Shown: positions 40,931-50,350 of the stretch, piece after piece | Layout: every line of letters begins with the position of its first letter | Position numbering within the stretch: position 1 is the stretch's first letter | Source of the DNA: Bacillales bacterium UBA1361 | GTDB taxonomy: Bacteria > Bacillota_I > Bacilli_A > RFN20 > CAG-826 | DNA: 64,000 nt | Reading direction: 5' to 3' | NCBI GenBank assembly: GCA_002306335.1 | Contig: DBRT01000030.1 | Coordinates: 13,759-77,758, forward strand | The notes under the pieces: generated by a model | Told to the model about the DNA's origin: nothing | The model's input: the letters and a program-made list of their open reading frames with translations, nothing else | Databases searched by the model: none | Position numbers and translations under genes: made by a program

Positions 40931-41591
40931 TATTGCGATCGCTATTGATGGACCTGCCGCAGCAGGAAAAAGTACAATTGCTAAAAAAGTAGCGAATCAT
41001 TACAATTTTGTCTATATCGATACTGGTGCTATGTATCGCGCTTTTACGTGGTACGTATTAAAACGCGGTGTTGATCCAAAAGATGAAACGGCATCAAATA
41101 GTTTAATTCCTGAAGTAACGATAAGGTTAACTGCTGATTATAAAGTTTTTGTTAATGGTGAAGATGTAAGTAAAGCAATTCGTGAACCTAGTGTTTCAGG
41201 CAATGTAAGCTACATTGCTTCATATCCCAAAATTCGTTTATTTTTAACTGAACAACAACGGGAAATGGCTAAAGTTAATAGTGTCGTAATGGATGGCCGT
41301 GATATTGGTACATATGTTTTACCAGACGCTTTTGTAAAAATATTTCAAACCGCTTCTGTTGCAGTGCGGGCGAAAAGACGATACTTAGAAAATTTAGAAA
41401 AAGGGATTGCCACTAGTTTAGAAGATATTGAAAAAGAACTAGCAATGCGTGATCATATTGATTCAACAAGAGCAATGGCGCCACTTAAAAAGGCGGATGA
41501 CGCTATTGAGTTAGATACTGACAACTTATCAATTGATGAAGTTGTCGCTGAAATTATCAAGATCGTTGATAAGAAATTAGGAGTTAAATAA
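40917..41591 (+). CDS. cmk: cytidylate kinase
   Basis: P-loop GPAAAGKST. 224 aa. Confidence 0.9.
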   Translation: MGINNIAIAIDGPAAAGKSTIAKKVANHYNFVYIDTGAMYRAFTWYVLKRGVDPKDETASNSLIPEVTIRLTADYKVFVNGEDVSKAIREPSVSGNVSYIASYPKIRLFLTEQQREMAKVNSVVMDGRDIGTYVLPDAFVKIFQTASVAVRAKRRYLENLEKGIATSLEDIEKELAMRDHIDSTRAMAPLKKADDAIELDTDNLSIDEVVAEIIKIVDKKLGVK

Positions 41592-42898
41592 TGGCATTAC
41601 CAGTTGTGGCAATTGTTGGAACACCAAACGTTGGTAAATCAACGGTTTTTAATCGTATCATCGGTGAAAGACGAGCGATAATTCATGATGAACGCGGGGT
41701 GACCCGTGACCGGCTCTATGGAAGTGCTGAGTGGTTAACGCGTCGCTTTAATCTTATTGATACTGGCGGAATTGAAATTGCTAAGACAGCATTCCAGGAA
41801 CAAATTAGAGCGCAAGTTGAAATTGCGATTGAAGAAGCGGATGTTATTGTTTATGTTGGGGACGGTCCGCTTGGTGTTACAACCGACGACCGTGAAATTG
41901 CTAATTTACTATATCGCGCTAATAAGCCAGTTATCGTTGCGGTTAATAAAATTGACGGAATTGAACATCATCATTACATCCATGACTTTTATAGTTTAGG
42001 CTTAGGTGAGCCAATCGCTATCAGTGGTGAACACGGGATTGGGATTGGGGACTTACTTGATGAAATTATTAAAGTATTACCGGAACAAAAAGATGATTAT
42101 GAAGAGGATGTAATTTCTTTTGCCGTTATTGGCCAACCTAATGTCGGAAAATCAAGTTTAGTAAACGCGATACTAAATAGGGAACGCGTCATTGTTACAA
42201 ATGTTGAAGGGACAACGCGTGACGCGATTGATACGCCTTTTACTAGAAACAATAAAAATTATGTAGTAATTGACACTGCTGGGCTAAAAAAGCGTGGCAA
42301 AGTTTATGAAAGTGTCGATAGATATGCAGCGCTTCGGGCTTTCAGCGCGATTGCTAAAGCTGATATTATTTTATTTGTCATTGACGCTGTTGTGGGTATT
42401 CGCGAACAAGATAAACACGTTGTTGGTTATGCAGTTGATGAAAAAAAGGCCATTATTATTGCTGTTAATAAATGGGACGCTATTACTAAAGACGACAAAA
42501 CAATGAATGAATGGACAAATAAAATTAGAAATGAATTTAAATTTGTTGAATATGCTCCAATTGTTTTTGTTAGTGCTTTAACTAAACAACGAGTAGATCA
42601 AATCTTTGACCAAATTGACTATGTTAATGAAGCGTATCGTAGACGTGTAGAGACAAGTTTACTAAATGAAGTTATCCATCGCGCTCAATTGTATAATGAC
42701 CCGCCAGTGTTTAATGGCGGTCGCTTAAAAGTGTACTACGCTAATCAAGTAAGCACTAAACCACCGACATTTGTGTTCTTTGTGAATAACCCTGCTTTTC
42801 TACATTTCTCTTATGAGCGTTACTTAGAAAATCAAATTCGTGACTCGTTCCCGTTCGATGGTACACCACTGAAATTTATATTCCGTGAGCGTAAATGA
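41591..42898 (+). CDS. der: ribosome biogenesis GTPase Der (EngA), two GTPase domains + KH-like
   Basis: Two G1 motifs, GTPNVGKS and GQPNVGKS. 435 aa. Confidence 0.92.
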   Translation: MALPVVAIVGTPNVGKSTVFNRIIGERRAIIHDERGVTRDRLYGSAEWLTRRFNLIDTGGIEIAKTAFQEQIRAQVEIAIEEADVIVYVGDGPLGVTTDDREIANLLYRANKPVIVAVNKIDGIEHHHYIHDFYSLGLGEPIAISGEHGIGIGDLLDEIIKVLPEQKDDYEEDVISFAVIGQPNVGKSSLVNAILNRERVIVTNVEGTTRDAIDTPFTRNNKNYVVIDTAGLKKRGKVYESVDRYAALRAFSAIAKADIILFVIDAVVGIREQDKHVVGYAVDEKKAIIIAVNKWDAITKDDKTMNEWTNKIRNEFKFVEYAPIVFVSALTKQRVDQIFDQIDYVNEAYRRRVETSLLNEVIHRAQLYNDPPVFNGGRLKVYYANQVSTKPPTFVFFVNNPAFLHFSYERYLENQIRDSFPFDGTPLKFIFRERK

Positions 42899-43054
42899 GA
42901 TTAAACATTTGTTCATTTTTAGGGTTGTTTTAAGTGTAAAAAAATCAATAAAGTCGTAAGGCATCGCAATAATTTTCAATAAAATATTAAATATTTCTTG
43001 TATAAATTATATAATTATGCTACTTTGTAAATAACAAAGGAGTGAGAAAATAAT

Positions 43055-43327
43055 ATGAACAAAGCAGAAATAATTGCTGCCATTGCCGATGAGCTTATGA
43101 TTACTAAGCGTTCTGTGGAAGAAATTATTAATTTATTTTGTGACACAGTCATCGAAACCTTAGCGAAAGGTGAAGATGTAAAACTTACAGGTTTTGGCAC
43201 TTTCCAAACAAGAGAACGTAAAGAACGTCGTGGCGTTAGCCCACAAACCGGTATGGAAATTGTTATTCCAAGCGGCCGTACTATCGTTTTCAAACCTTCA
43301 AAACTTCTCAAAGAAAAAGTTCAATAA
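43055..43327 (+). CDS. hup: DNA-binding protein HU
   Basis: 90 aa with the HU signature GFGTF..RERKERRG.NPQTG. Confidence 0.9.
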   Translation: MNKAEIIAAIADELMITKRSVEEIINLFCDTVIETLAKGEDVKLTGFGTFQTRERKERRGVSPQTGMEIVIPSGRTIVFKPSKLLKEKVQ

Positions 43328-43348
43328 ATAACTCTTTGCTAGAAAAGT

Positions 43349-44011
43349 ATGTTGAAATCATATTTAGAGCTTTTTGACGAGATTGCTAATATTTTCAACA
43401 AGCACGGCTTTAAACTCTACATGGTTGGAGGGACAAGCCGTGATTTTCTTTTAAACTACCCGGTCGACGACTATGATTTTGCGACAGACGCTACACCAGC
43501 GGAAATGCATGAATTTTTGCCTGACGCAAATTATCGGTTTGAAAAGTTTGGGACAGTAAGTTTAAAGTATGAAGATGAACATGTGGAAATTACAACTTTG
43601 CGCGAAGAAGGTGAATATATTGATAGTCGCCACCCCGCTTATATAAAGTTTGTAACAGACCCCGCTAAAGATTATATTAGACGTGATTTTACGATTAACG
43701 CACTTTATATTGATGAAAATTATCGAGTGCTTGATTTTTGTGATGGCTTAAAAGATTTAGATACAAATACTTTACGCGTTATTGGCAATCCTTATACCCG
43801 TTTTGCAGAAGATCCGCTGCGGATTATTCGGGCATTGCGATTTGTTGCTAAGTTTAAATTAAATATTGACCCCTTAACTGAGAACGCGATTCGTGATTTA
43901 GCGCATCTTGTTAAAAAACTAAATCCAGAAAAAGTTAAAGCTGAAATACGAAAAGTGGGAGAACAAGAGCAAAATATCTTTAAAAAATTAATGAATATGT
44001 ACAAATTATAA
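43349..44011 (+). CDS. polymerase-beta-type nucleotidyltransferase, CCA-enzyme head domain only
   Basis: 220 aa with GGTSRD, DYDFAT, RRDFTINAL and DPLRIIRALRF motifs. Lacks the body and tail domains. Confidence 0.6.
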   Translation: MLKSYLELFDEIANIFNKHGFKLYMVGGTSRDFLLNYPVDDYDFATDATPAEMHEFLPDANYRFEKFGTVSLKYEDEHVEITTLREEGEYIDSRHPAYIKFVTDPAKDYIRRDFTINALYIDENYRVLDFCDGLKDLDTNTLRVIGNPYTRFAEDPLRIIRALRFVAKFKLNIDPLTENAIRDLAHLVKKLNPEKVKAEIRKVGEQEQNIFKKLMNMYKL

Positions 44012-44065
44012 GATTTACATTGCGTAATAGTGTAAACTATTAATACCAAAAGTGAGGGAATCTTT

Positions 44066-45853
44066 ATGAGTGGATTTATAGGAAGAGTTGGTAATTCGTG
44101 TGTAAAAGAGAAACTGTTAAGTGCGTTAAACTTACTTCAGTTCAAAGATGATGACTCCACAGGAGTTCTTTTTTGCAATAAAGAAGGCCAACATTTATAT
44201 CGTGTAGTAGGAAAAGTAGAGGAATTAGTCACACTTATTCCGGAAGAAGTTGATGGTTATATGGGGATTGCTCACACTAGATGGTCAACATACATGCATC
44301 AAGTTCTTGAAAATGTTTATCCGCTCTCTAGTGAAAATGGTTATGTCACCCTTGTTGTTAATGGGCTTATTGATAATATTCAAATGATTAAGCGTCGACT
44401 CGTAAAACGCGGATATAGTTTTAGATCTAGTTCCGCTGTTGAAGTTGTCGCTAATTTAATTGAAGACGGCGCTGTTGAAAACGAAGACCCACTACGGGCA
44501 CTCCATCGCGCTATGCAACAACTAGAAGGTGATTATGCCTTGCTTGCTGTCTTTAACGGTAATTGTAAGAAAATATTTTTTGCTAAAAATGGTGTTCCGC
44601 TCATTATTGGAAAGAATCATGACGGGATGGTCATTTGTACAGATTACACCCCAATTGCCGATCAAGCCGATGAATATTATTATCCAAATGACGGAGAGTT
44701 AGGCTATTTAACAAGTGATAATATGGTTTTATATGACGGCAAACTTAAACAAAGAAAACCGTCTTTTACCGTAGTGTCAGTTAGTGAAAAAACACTTGAG
44801 TTAGGTGATTATCCACACTATATGCTTAAAGAAATTGAAGAAGCTCCTGGTGTTATTCGTCGCCTTATCAACCATTACTTTGATGGAACGAAATATCGGT
44901 TTGATGACCGGCTTATTAAACGAATTATTGATGCGGGAACGATTGTCTTTATTGCGGCTGGTACTAGTTACAATGCCGCTTTAGTGGGACAACGTTATCT
45001 ACGAAACTTTAATAAGAAAGTTGACGTTTTCATCGCTAGTGAATGGATTTTTTATCCGTATCAATCAGGTGAAGACACATTATATGTTTTAATTTCACAA
45101 TCAGGTGAAACAGCGGATATTCTTAAATGTTTACGCACAATTAGAGCATATGGCGCTGATGTTTTAGCAATTACTAATGTTGAAGTTTCTACACTTTATC
45201 AATCAGCGGATTATCGCTTATTACTACACGCTGGTACAGAAGTTAGTGTTGCTAGTACAAAGGCTTATATCGCGCAAATTACACTTCTTTCTTTGCTTTA
45301 CGCGCGCTTAGTAAATAAAATTACGACAATTGCAGCATTAGAAAGAGTTATTGAAGCGCTCTATAACATTATCTCGCGTCGTGATACGATTAAGGCAATT
45401 GCCGATCAAATTTATAAGTCAGGCGACGTCTTTTTCTTAGGGCGCGGGTTTGACTATGATGTTGCTGTAGAAGCACAACTTAAATTAAAAGAAACTAGCT
45501 ATATTCATGCTGAAGCTTATCCGGGCGGAGAAGTGCTGCATGGCCCAATTGCGCTTATTGAAGAAAATACACCAGTTATCTTCTTTATTAGTGATAGTTT
45601 AACTGTAGCAGCAACGCGGGAAGTTATTAGAGAAATGCGTGATCGTAAAGCTAATGTAATTGTATGCTCACTTGCGCCATTTAATCATAATGGTGATAGC
45701 TTTATTATTTCAAACCCAATTAAGGGTTATCATAGTCCAATCACCTTTGCAGTATTCGCGCAGTATCTTGCTTATTATTGTGCAGTTAACTTAGGACGTG
45801 ATGTTGATAAGCCACGTAATTTAACAAAGGCGGTTAAAGATCGTAGTGTATAA
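44066..45853 (+). CDS. glmS: GlmS-like glucosamine-6-phosphate synthase/deaminase homolog with degenerate glutaminase domain
   Basis: 595 aa. C-terminal tandem SIS domains and the KAVKDRSV tail are conserved. The N-terminus reads MSGFIG, not MCGIVG. Confidence 0.75.
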   Translation: MSGFIGRVGNSCVKEKLLSALNLLQFKDDDSTGVLFCNKEGQHLYRVVGKVEELVTLIPEEVDGYMGIAHTRWSTYMHQVLENVYPLSSENGYVTLVVNGLIDNIQMIKRRLVKRGYSFRSSSAVEVVANLIEDGAVENEDPLRALHRAMQQLEGDYALLAVFNGNCKKIFFAKNGVPLIIGKNHDGMVICTDYTPIADQADEYYYPNDGELGYLTSDNMVLYDGKLKQRKPSFTVVSVSEKTLELGDYPHYMLKEIEEAPGVIRRLINHYFDGTKYRFDDRLIKRIIDAGTIVFIAAGTSYNAALVGQRYLRNFNKKVDVFIASEWIFYPYQSGEDTLYVLISQSGETADILKCLRTIRAYGADVLAITNVEVSTLYQSADYRLLLHAGTEVSVASTKAYIAQITLLSLLYARLVNKITTIAALERVIEALYNIISRRDTIKAIADQIYKSGDVFFLGRGFDYDVAVEAQLKLKETSYIHAEAYPGGEVLHGPIALIEENTPVIFFISDSLTVAATREVIREMRDRKANVIVCSLAPFNHNGDSFIISNPIKGYHSPITFAVFAQYLAYYCAVNLGRDVDKPRNLTKAVKDRSV

Positions 45854-46493
45854 TAAGGCGCTAGATTTTCGCTTTATGCTTTTTGAATATTACAAAGAGC
45901 TCCGTATCAATGAAACAGAACTTGTAATCATTCTTTTTATTGAGCACTTACAACAAAAAGAAACAGAATTTATTACTCCTGATTTAATTAATCTTCAATC
46001 AAATATTGATATCAAAGTGATTGACGAAGCAATGGTTCGTCTTGTTAGTAAAGGTTTAATTGAATTTACGACTAGAAACGGGAAAATGGTTACTTCACTT
46101 AATCCGTTACGAAATAAATTACAAGAACTTTTCGTGTTAGATTATGAAAAGAATAAAGAAAATTCGACAGTAGAATTTAGTTCACAAGTTGAAGAAGTTT
46201 ATGCCTTTATTCAAAATGCTTTTGGCCGTTCACTTTCAGCAGTAGAACTGCAAACGATTAATGATTGGTTTAATTATGGTTATAACATCACAATGATTAA
46301 AGAAGCACTTGACCAAACAATGAAACGTAAACGCTATAACATTCGCGCTATTGATAAGGCGCTACTTAAATTATCGACTGCTGTGGATTATGCGCTTGAA
46401 GGTAAAAGTGCCCAAAGTGATTCATATCGAAAAAACATCAAGGACACACTTGAAGAAGTGAATAAAAAAGCCCAAGATGACGAAAGCGAATAA
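45846..46493 (+). CDS. dnaD: DnaD-domain replication initiation/membrane attachment protein
   Basis: C-terminal DnaD/DnaB2 domain (YAFIQNAFGR.LS..ELQTINDW). dnaD-nth adjacency as in Bacillus. GTG start overlaps the glmS end. Confidence 0.6.
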   Translation: MYNKALDFRFMLFEYYKELRINETELVIILFIEHLQQKETEFITPDLINLQSNIDIKVIDEAMVRLVSKGLIEFTTRNGKMVTSLNPLRNKLQELFVLDYEKNKENSTVEFSSQVEEVYAFIQNAFGRSLSAVELQTINDWFNYGYNITMIKEALDQTMKRKRYNIRAIDKALLKLSTAVDYALEGKSAQSDSYRKNIKDTLEEVNKKAQDDESE

Positions 46494-47112
46494 AGAAAGA
46501 ATACTCGCCTTTCTTGATAAAGAATATAGTGACGCTAAAGGTGAGTTAGAATACACAAAAGATTATGAACTGCTTATTGCTGTTGTTTTAAGCGCACAAT
46601 CAACTGATGTAGCGGTTAATAATGTTACGCGAAAATTATTTGCAAAGTATCCAACTTTTGAAAGCTTATTAAATGTAAAAGAAGCACAATTTGCCGCGTA
46701 TTTTAAAACACTTGGCTTGTATCGCAACAAAGCAAAACATGTGTATAATTTAATTCATTTACTTAATGAACATCATAGCGGAGTTGTTCCTAGTGCTAAA
46801 GAAGAGCTTTTAAAATTACCTGGTGTTGGTGTTAAAACCGCGAATGTTGTACGCGCTGAACTCTTTAACATTCCCGAAATTGCCGTGGACACTCATGTTT
46901 CACGAATAGCGCGTCGCCTTGGTTTTGCTAAGTTTAGTGATGATGTAACTATCATTGAAGAGAAGTTACGTAAAGTTTTACCTAAAGAAAGATATATAAA
47001 AACGCATCACCAAATGATTCATTTTGGTCGGTATTTTTGTAAAGCACAAAGTCCGCTATGTAAAAAATGTCCGCTTGTGGACATTTGTAAAGAACCAAAT
47101 AAAAAGTTATAA
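46477..47112 (+). CDS. nth: endonuclease III
   Basis: HhH-GPD fold (LPGVGVKTANVV) and an FCL Fe-S cluster CKAQSPLCKKCPLVDIC. Confidence 0.9.
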   Translation: MTKANKERILAFLDKEYSDAKGELEYTKDYELLIAVVLSAQSTDVAVNNVTRKLFAKYPTFESLLNVKEAQFAAYFKTLGLYRNKAKHVYNLIHLLNEHHSGVVPSAKEELLKLPGVGVKTANVVRAELFNIPEIAVDTHVSRIARRLGFAKFSDDVTIIEEKLRKVLPKERYIKTHHQMIHFGRYFCKAQSPLCKKCPLVDICKEPNKKL

Positions 47113-47697
47113 ATTAAATAATTTTATGACTGCAGGCAAATAGTCAAGTACAGGGTTAAGACCAAGGCGCACTAATACGCCTTTTTCTTTAAATGATGCA
47201 TAAGGGATTGATTTACGGTCGCCATTGCGATAAAAATCAATAACATCAGCAGCACTAAGTACATAATATTCATCAAAAGCTGTAAATTCAACAATAAAGA
47301 AAGCAATCCCACCATGGCGAATAACATTTTCTAAGTGGGTAATTTGATGTTCATAAATATTATTTAAAGGAAAACTTGTTTTTAATCTTGTACTTTTAGC
47401 TTCAAAGTCGAAATATCGGTTTTTATAAACCCCGTTAAAGTCTGTTGTTGATTGCTTTTCAAAGTAGGCGTTTGTAATTTTTGCCCCTTTAGCGTAATCA
47501 ATTTTTACGACATTAATTGGTGTTGGGCGTTTAGTAAAAAGGGCAATGTCGTGCATCAAATAATAGTCATTAGCAGCACTGATAAGTTTTTCAAGCGCCA
47601 TGCCACGATTAGCAGCGCTCTTCGTAATATTTTTTCGTTTTGAAGGTACTTTCGTTGTTTGTTTTTTAGGTTTAGAACCGTTTGGATAATTAATCAT
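47107..47697 (-). CDS. recU: Holliday junction resolvase RecU
   Basis: 196 aa RecU family. ATG overlaps the stop of the upstream exonuclease gene (TAATG). Confidence 0.75.
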   Translation of the reverse strand: MINYPNGSKPKKQTTKVPSKRKNITKSAANRGMALEKLISAANDYYLMHDIALFTKRPTPINVVKIDYAKGAKITNAYFEKQSTTDFNGVYKNRYFDFEAKSTRLKTSFPLNNIYEHQITHLENVIRHGGIAFFIVEFTAFDEYYVLSAADVIDFYRNGDRKSIPYASFKEKGVLVRLGLNPVLDYLPAVIKLFNL

Positions 47698-48422
47698 TAC
47701 ACAATTTCATCGCGTAAATATTCTTGTAAATCATCAATATTTACACTTTCTCCTGCCTTTATTTTATTGAGCATTCTTTTTATTGGACGCGGGATATTAT
47801 TCATATTGAGTAGTACCTCACCATACCGTTCAATAAGAATATCAGTCTTTTTAAAGAGCTCACTATATAAATAGGCGAGCATCAGGGCATCATTTAACGG
47901 GTCATGAGCAGGTTCAACTGGCTCAACGCCGAAAAGTTTACATAAATTCACCAAAGATAATGTATTATTTTTTTCATCTTTTATATATTCATTAATGTAT
48001 GCACTTAAATCAATATGATTTTTCGCAATCGTTTTAATAAAAGTATGATCAGCTTCAGGAGTATGGGCAAGTGATTGGCGTAAGATACGAATGTCGTGTG
48101 CCCCAAATGTCACAAATTTAGTTTTTGAAAGATTAGTGCCAACATATTTTTTAAGCATCAGTAGAATCTTATCAAAAGGAATGCCTTCTCTTGCTAATAA
48201 ATCATCCGTAATGCCAGTTAATTTTTCAACATAATTACCAACATTTTGTGTTGCTAGCACATAATGTTTAAAGCCAGGATAAAGTTTTTTAATCGTTCCG
48301 TCCGTTTTAATTGTGGCTTTAATTGCCCCAATTGCTATTAGTTCATGACTAAATTGTGTACCTTCTAAATCAAGGAAGATAAGTTGCTTGCGGCCACGTG
48401 TTGCTTTCGCTAATTTTTTCAT
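47697..48422 (-). CDS. DEDDh 3'-5' exonuclease (DnaQ/KapD-like)
   Basis: Exo I FLDLEGT, Exo II FGAHD, Exo III HDPLNDA. 241 aa. Confidence 0.7.
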   Translation of the reverse strand: MKKLAKATRGRKQLIFLDLEGTQFSHELIAIGAIKATIKTDGTIKKLYPGFKHYVLATQNVGNYVEKLTGITDDLLAREGIPFDKILLMLKKYVGTNLSKTKFVTFGAHDIRILRQSLAHTPEADHTFIKTIAKNHIDLSAYINEYIKDEKNNTLSLVNLCKLFGVEPVEPAHDPLNDALMLAYLYSELFKKTDILIERYGEVLLNMNNIPRPIKRMLNKIKAGESVNIDDLQEYLRDEIV

Positions 48423-48513
48423 ACTATAAAATTATAACATAGTAATAATAAAGCGGTCTCACTTTGTTGCGTCAAAACAAAATTACATATATAATATGTA
48501 TGCGAGGTTAACG

Positions 48514-48864
48514 ATGGCAGAAAAGAGATTACTAGACGCAGACAAAATTTTAAAAAAGAAGTTCAAAGCGAAAAGCGGTGGCTATGACGCTTTAGAAGTT
48601 GACGAATTTTTTGATTTAGTGCGTAATGACTATGAATCTATGCTCGAAATTGAAAAAGAATTAGAATTACTGCGGCTGAAAAATGAAACTCAACAAGCTA
48701 AGATTGTTAATCTTGAAGCGCAATACATTCAATATAAAAAGAAAGTTGAAGAGCTAGAACGCTTAATTAGTAAAGGCGGAACCGCGATGGAAAACTTACG
48801 TAAAATTGATAAGTATGAGCGTCAATTATGGAAAATGGGCATTGACCCAAGCAAACTCAAATAA
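48514..48864 (+). CDS. gpsB: GpsB/DivIVA-domain cell-cycle protein
   Basis: N-terminal DivIVA domain (ILKKKFKAKSGGYDALEVDEFFDLV) plus a coiled coil. ATG at 48514 follows RBS GAGGT. Confidence 0.6.
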   Translation: MAEKRLLDADKILKKKFKAKSGGYDALEVDEFFDLVRNDYESMLEIEKELELLRLKNETQQAKIVNLEAQYIQYKKKVEELERLISKGGTAMENLRKIDKYERQLWKMGIDPSKLK

Positions 48865-48867
48865 AAA

Positions 48868-49209
48868 TTCGATCTGGATAATTGCTGGTACATAAGTATT
48901 AGAGGAAAGTCCATGCTCGCACTTGCTGCGATGCAAGTAGTGATTGCGCTAGTGGAAAAAATAACACTAGGTATAGAGGAGTCTATAACGGCGAAGAAAG
49001 ACCTAAGTCGAAAGATATGGTTAATCTTCTGAAAGTGCCACAGTGACGAAGTTAAGGGGAAACTCTTAAGTGGAACGTTGGTAAACCCCGCAAGCGAGAA
49101 ACCTAAATTTGGTAAGGGAAACGGCAATAGAGAAATGAATTTAGCGCCGTATGTGTTCACACATAGATAAATAGTTATCCGCGACAGAACATGGCTTACA
49201 GGATCGAAA
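48868..49209 (+). ncRNA. rnpB: RNase P RNA, bacterial type B
   Basis: P4 AGGAAAGUCC, GUGCCACAGUGACGAAG, GGUAAACCCC, the ACAGAACAUGGCUUACAG P4 3' strand, and P1 pairing TTCGATC/GATCGAA. Confidence 0.85.
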
Positions 49210-49227
49210 CTCACCTAAAGGAGCATT

Positions 49228-49866
49228 ATGAATTTACCGAATAAATTAACAGTAGCGAGAATGATACTTGTCATCCTTTTAATTGCTTTTTTACTTATTC
49301 CGCCCACTTGGTTAGGTAATGAACCAATTATTCTTTTTTATAATGTTTATCTGCGTTATTTTATTGCCGCAATTGTTTTTATAGTAGCGGCAATCACTGA
49401 TTACTTCGATGGATACTTAGCGAGAAAATTTAATTTAATTACAAATTTTGGGAAGTTTATGGACCCAATTGCCGACAAAATGCTGGTGAATTCTATGTTA
49501 ATCATCCTTACAGTTCCGCATCAAGCGTTCGTCGGGCAAATAAGTGTACCTGTTATTTTTGTTGTACTCATGATTGCGCGTGATACAGTAGTGGACGGGT
49601 TTAGACTTGTTGCTGCAAATCAAAATAAAGTACTAGCGGCGAATATTTTTGGTAAGGCTAAAACAGTTTTACAAATGATTGCAATTGTGATGTTTTTATT
49701 TAATGATTGGCCCTTTTCACACCAAATGCAAAGTGATTCGTTTCCGATTGTTAGCATGATAGTAATTGGCGCTGCTACATTTGTGTCATTATTATCAGGC
49801 TTTATTTATATATTCCAAAATATCAGTGTACTTAAGGAGACGCATGACGACACAACTGCTCATTAA
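49228..49866 (+). CDS. pgsA: CDP-diacylglycerol--glycerol-3-phosphate 3-phosphatidyltransferase
   Basis: CDP-alcohol phosphotransferase motif DGYLAR...G..MDPIADK. RBS AAAGGAG immediately follows the rnpB 3' end. Confidence 0.85.
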   Translation: MNLPNKLTVARMILVILLIAFLLIPPTWLGNEPIILFYNVYLRYFIAAIVFIVAAITDYFDGYLARKFNLITNFGKFMDPIADKMLVNSMLIILTVPHQAFVGQISVPVIFVVLMIARDTVVDGFRLVAANQNKVLAANIFGKAKTVLQMIAIVMFLFNDWPFSHQMQSDSFPIVSMIVIGAATFVSLLSGFIYIFQNISVLKETHDDTTAH

Positions 49867-50317
49867 TGAATTAATTGATAAAAATTTAACAATTGGTAGT
49901 GTTGAGTCTTTTACTGGTGGTTTATTTGCGGCAACACTCGTGAATTATCCAGGTGTTAGTAAAACATATAAAGGGACGATTGTGGCTTATAGTAACGATG
50001 TCAAAGAGCGTTTACTTAACATTAAAAAAGAAGATCTAAAAAAATTTAGTGCCGTTTCAAGTGTTGTAGCGCTTGATTTAGCGCGTCATGGCCAAAAAGC
50101 ATTAGGAGTTGATTTTTGTTTTGGCTTTACGGGTGACGCAGGTCCAACAGCATCAGGCCAAAGCGGAGAAGTTGGTGATGTTTATATTGCCCTAGCGTTT
50201 GCTAACGACGAAATTGTTGAACACTTCAAATTTAAAGGTGATCGGCTTAAAGTCCGCACTGATGCAGTGAATGCTGCCTTAAAAATGTTAGCGAGAGTGT
50301 TAAAAAACTTCGAATAA
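49847..50317 (+). CDS. cinA: CinA C-terminal domain protein (PncC-like nicotinamide-nucleotide amidase)
   Basis: CinA-C signature (GSVESFTGGLFAATL). ATG at 49847 follows AAGGAG and overlaps the pgsA end. Confidence 0.7.
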   Translation, partial: TTQLLINELIDKNLTIGSVESFTGGLFAATLVNYPGVSKTYKGTIVAYSNDVKERLLNIKKEDLKKFSAVSSVVALDLARHGQKALGVDFCFGFTGDAGPTASGQSGEVGDVYIALAFANDEIVEHFKFKGDRLKVRTDAVNAALKMLARVLKNFE

Positions 50318-50350
50318 TATTGTATATATCTATATAAGGAGAAAATTATT

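Noticed and set aside
44012-44065. Looked for a glmS ribozyme upstream of the glmS-like gene
   Set aside because: Only 54 nt of intergenic sequence with none of the conserved ribozyme core, so it is absent.
48822-49214. 130 aa ORF on the minus strand
   Set aside because: Antisense to the RNase P RNA gene. The RNA features explain the region.
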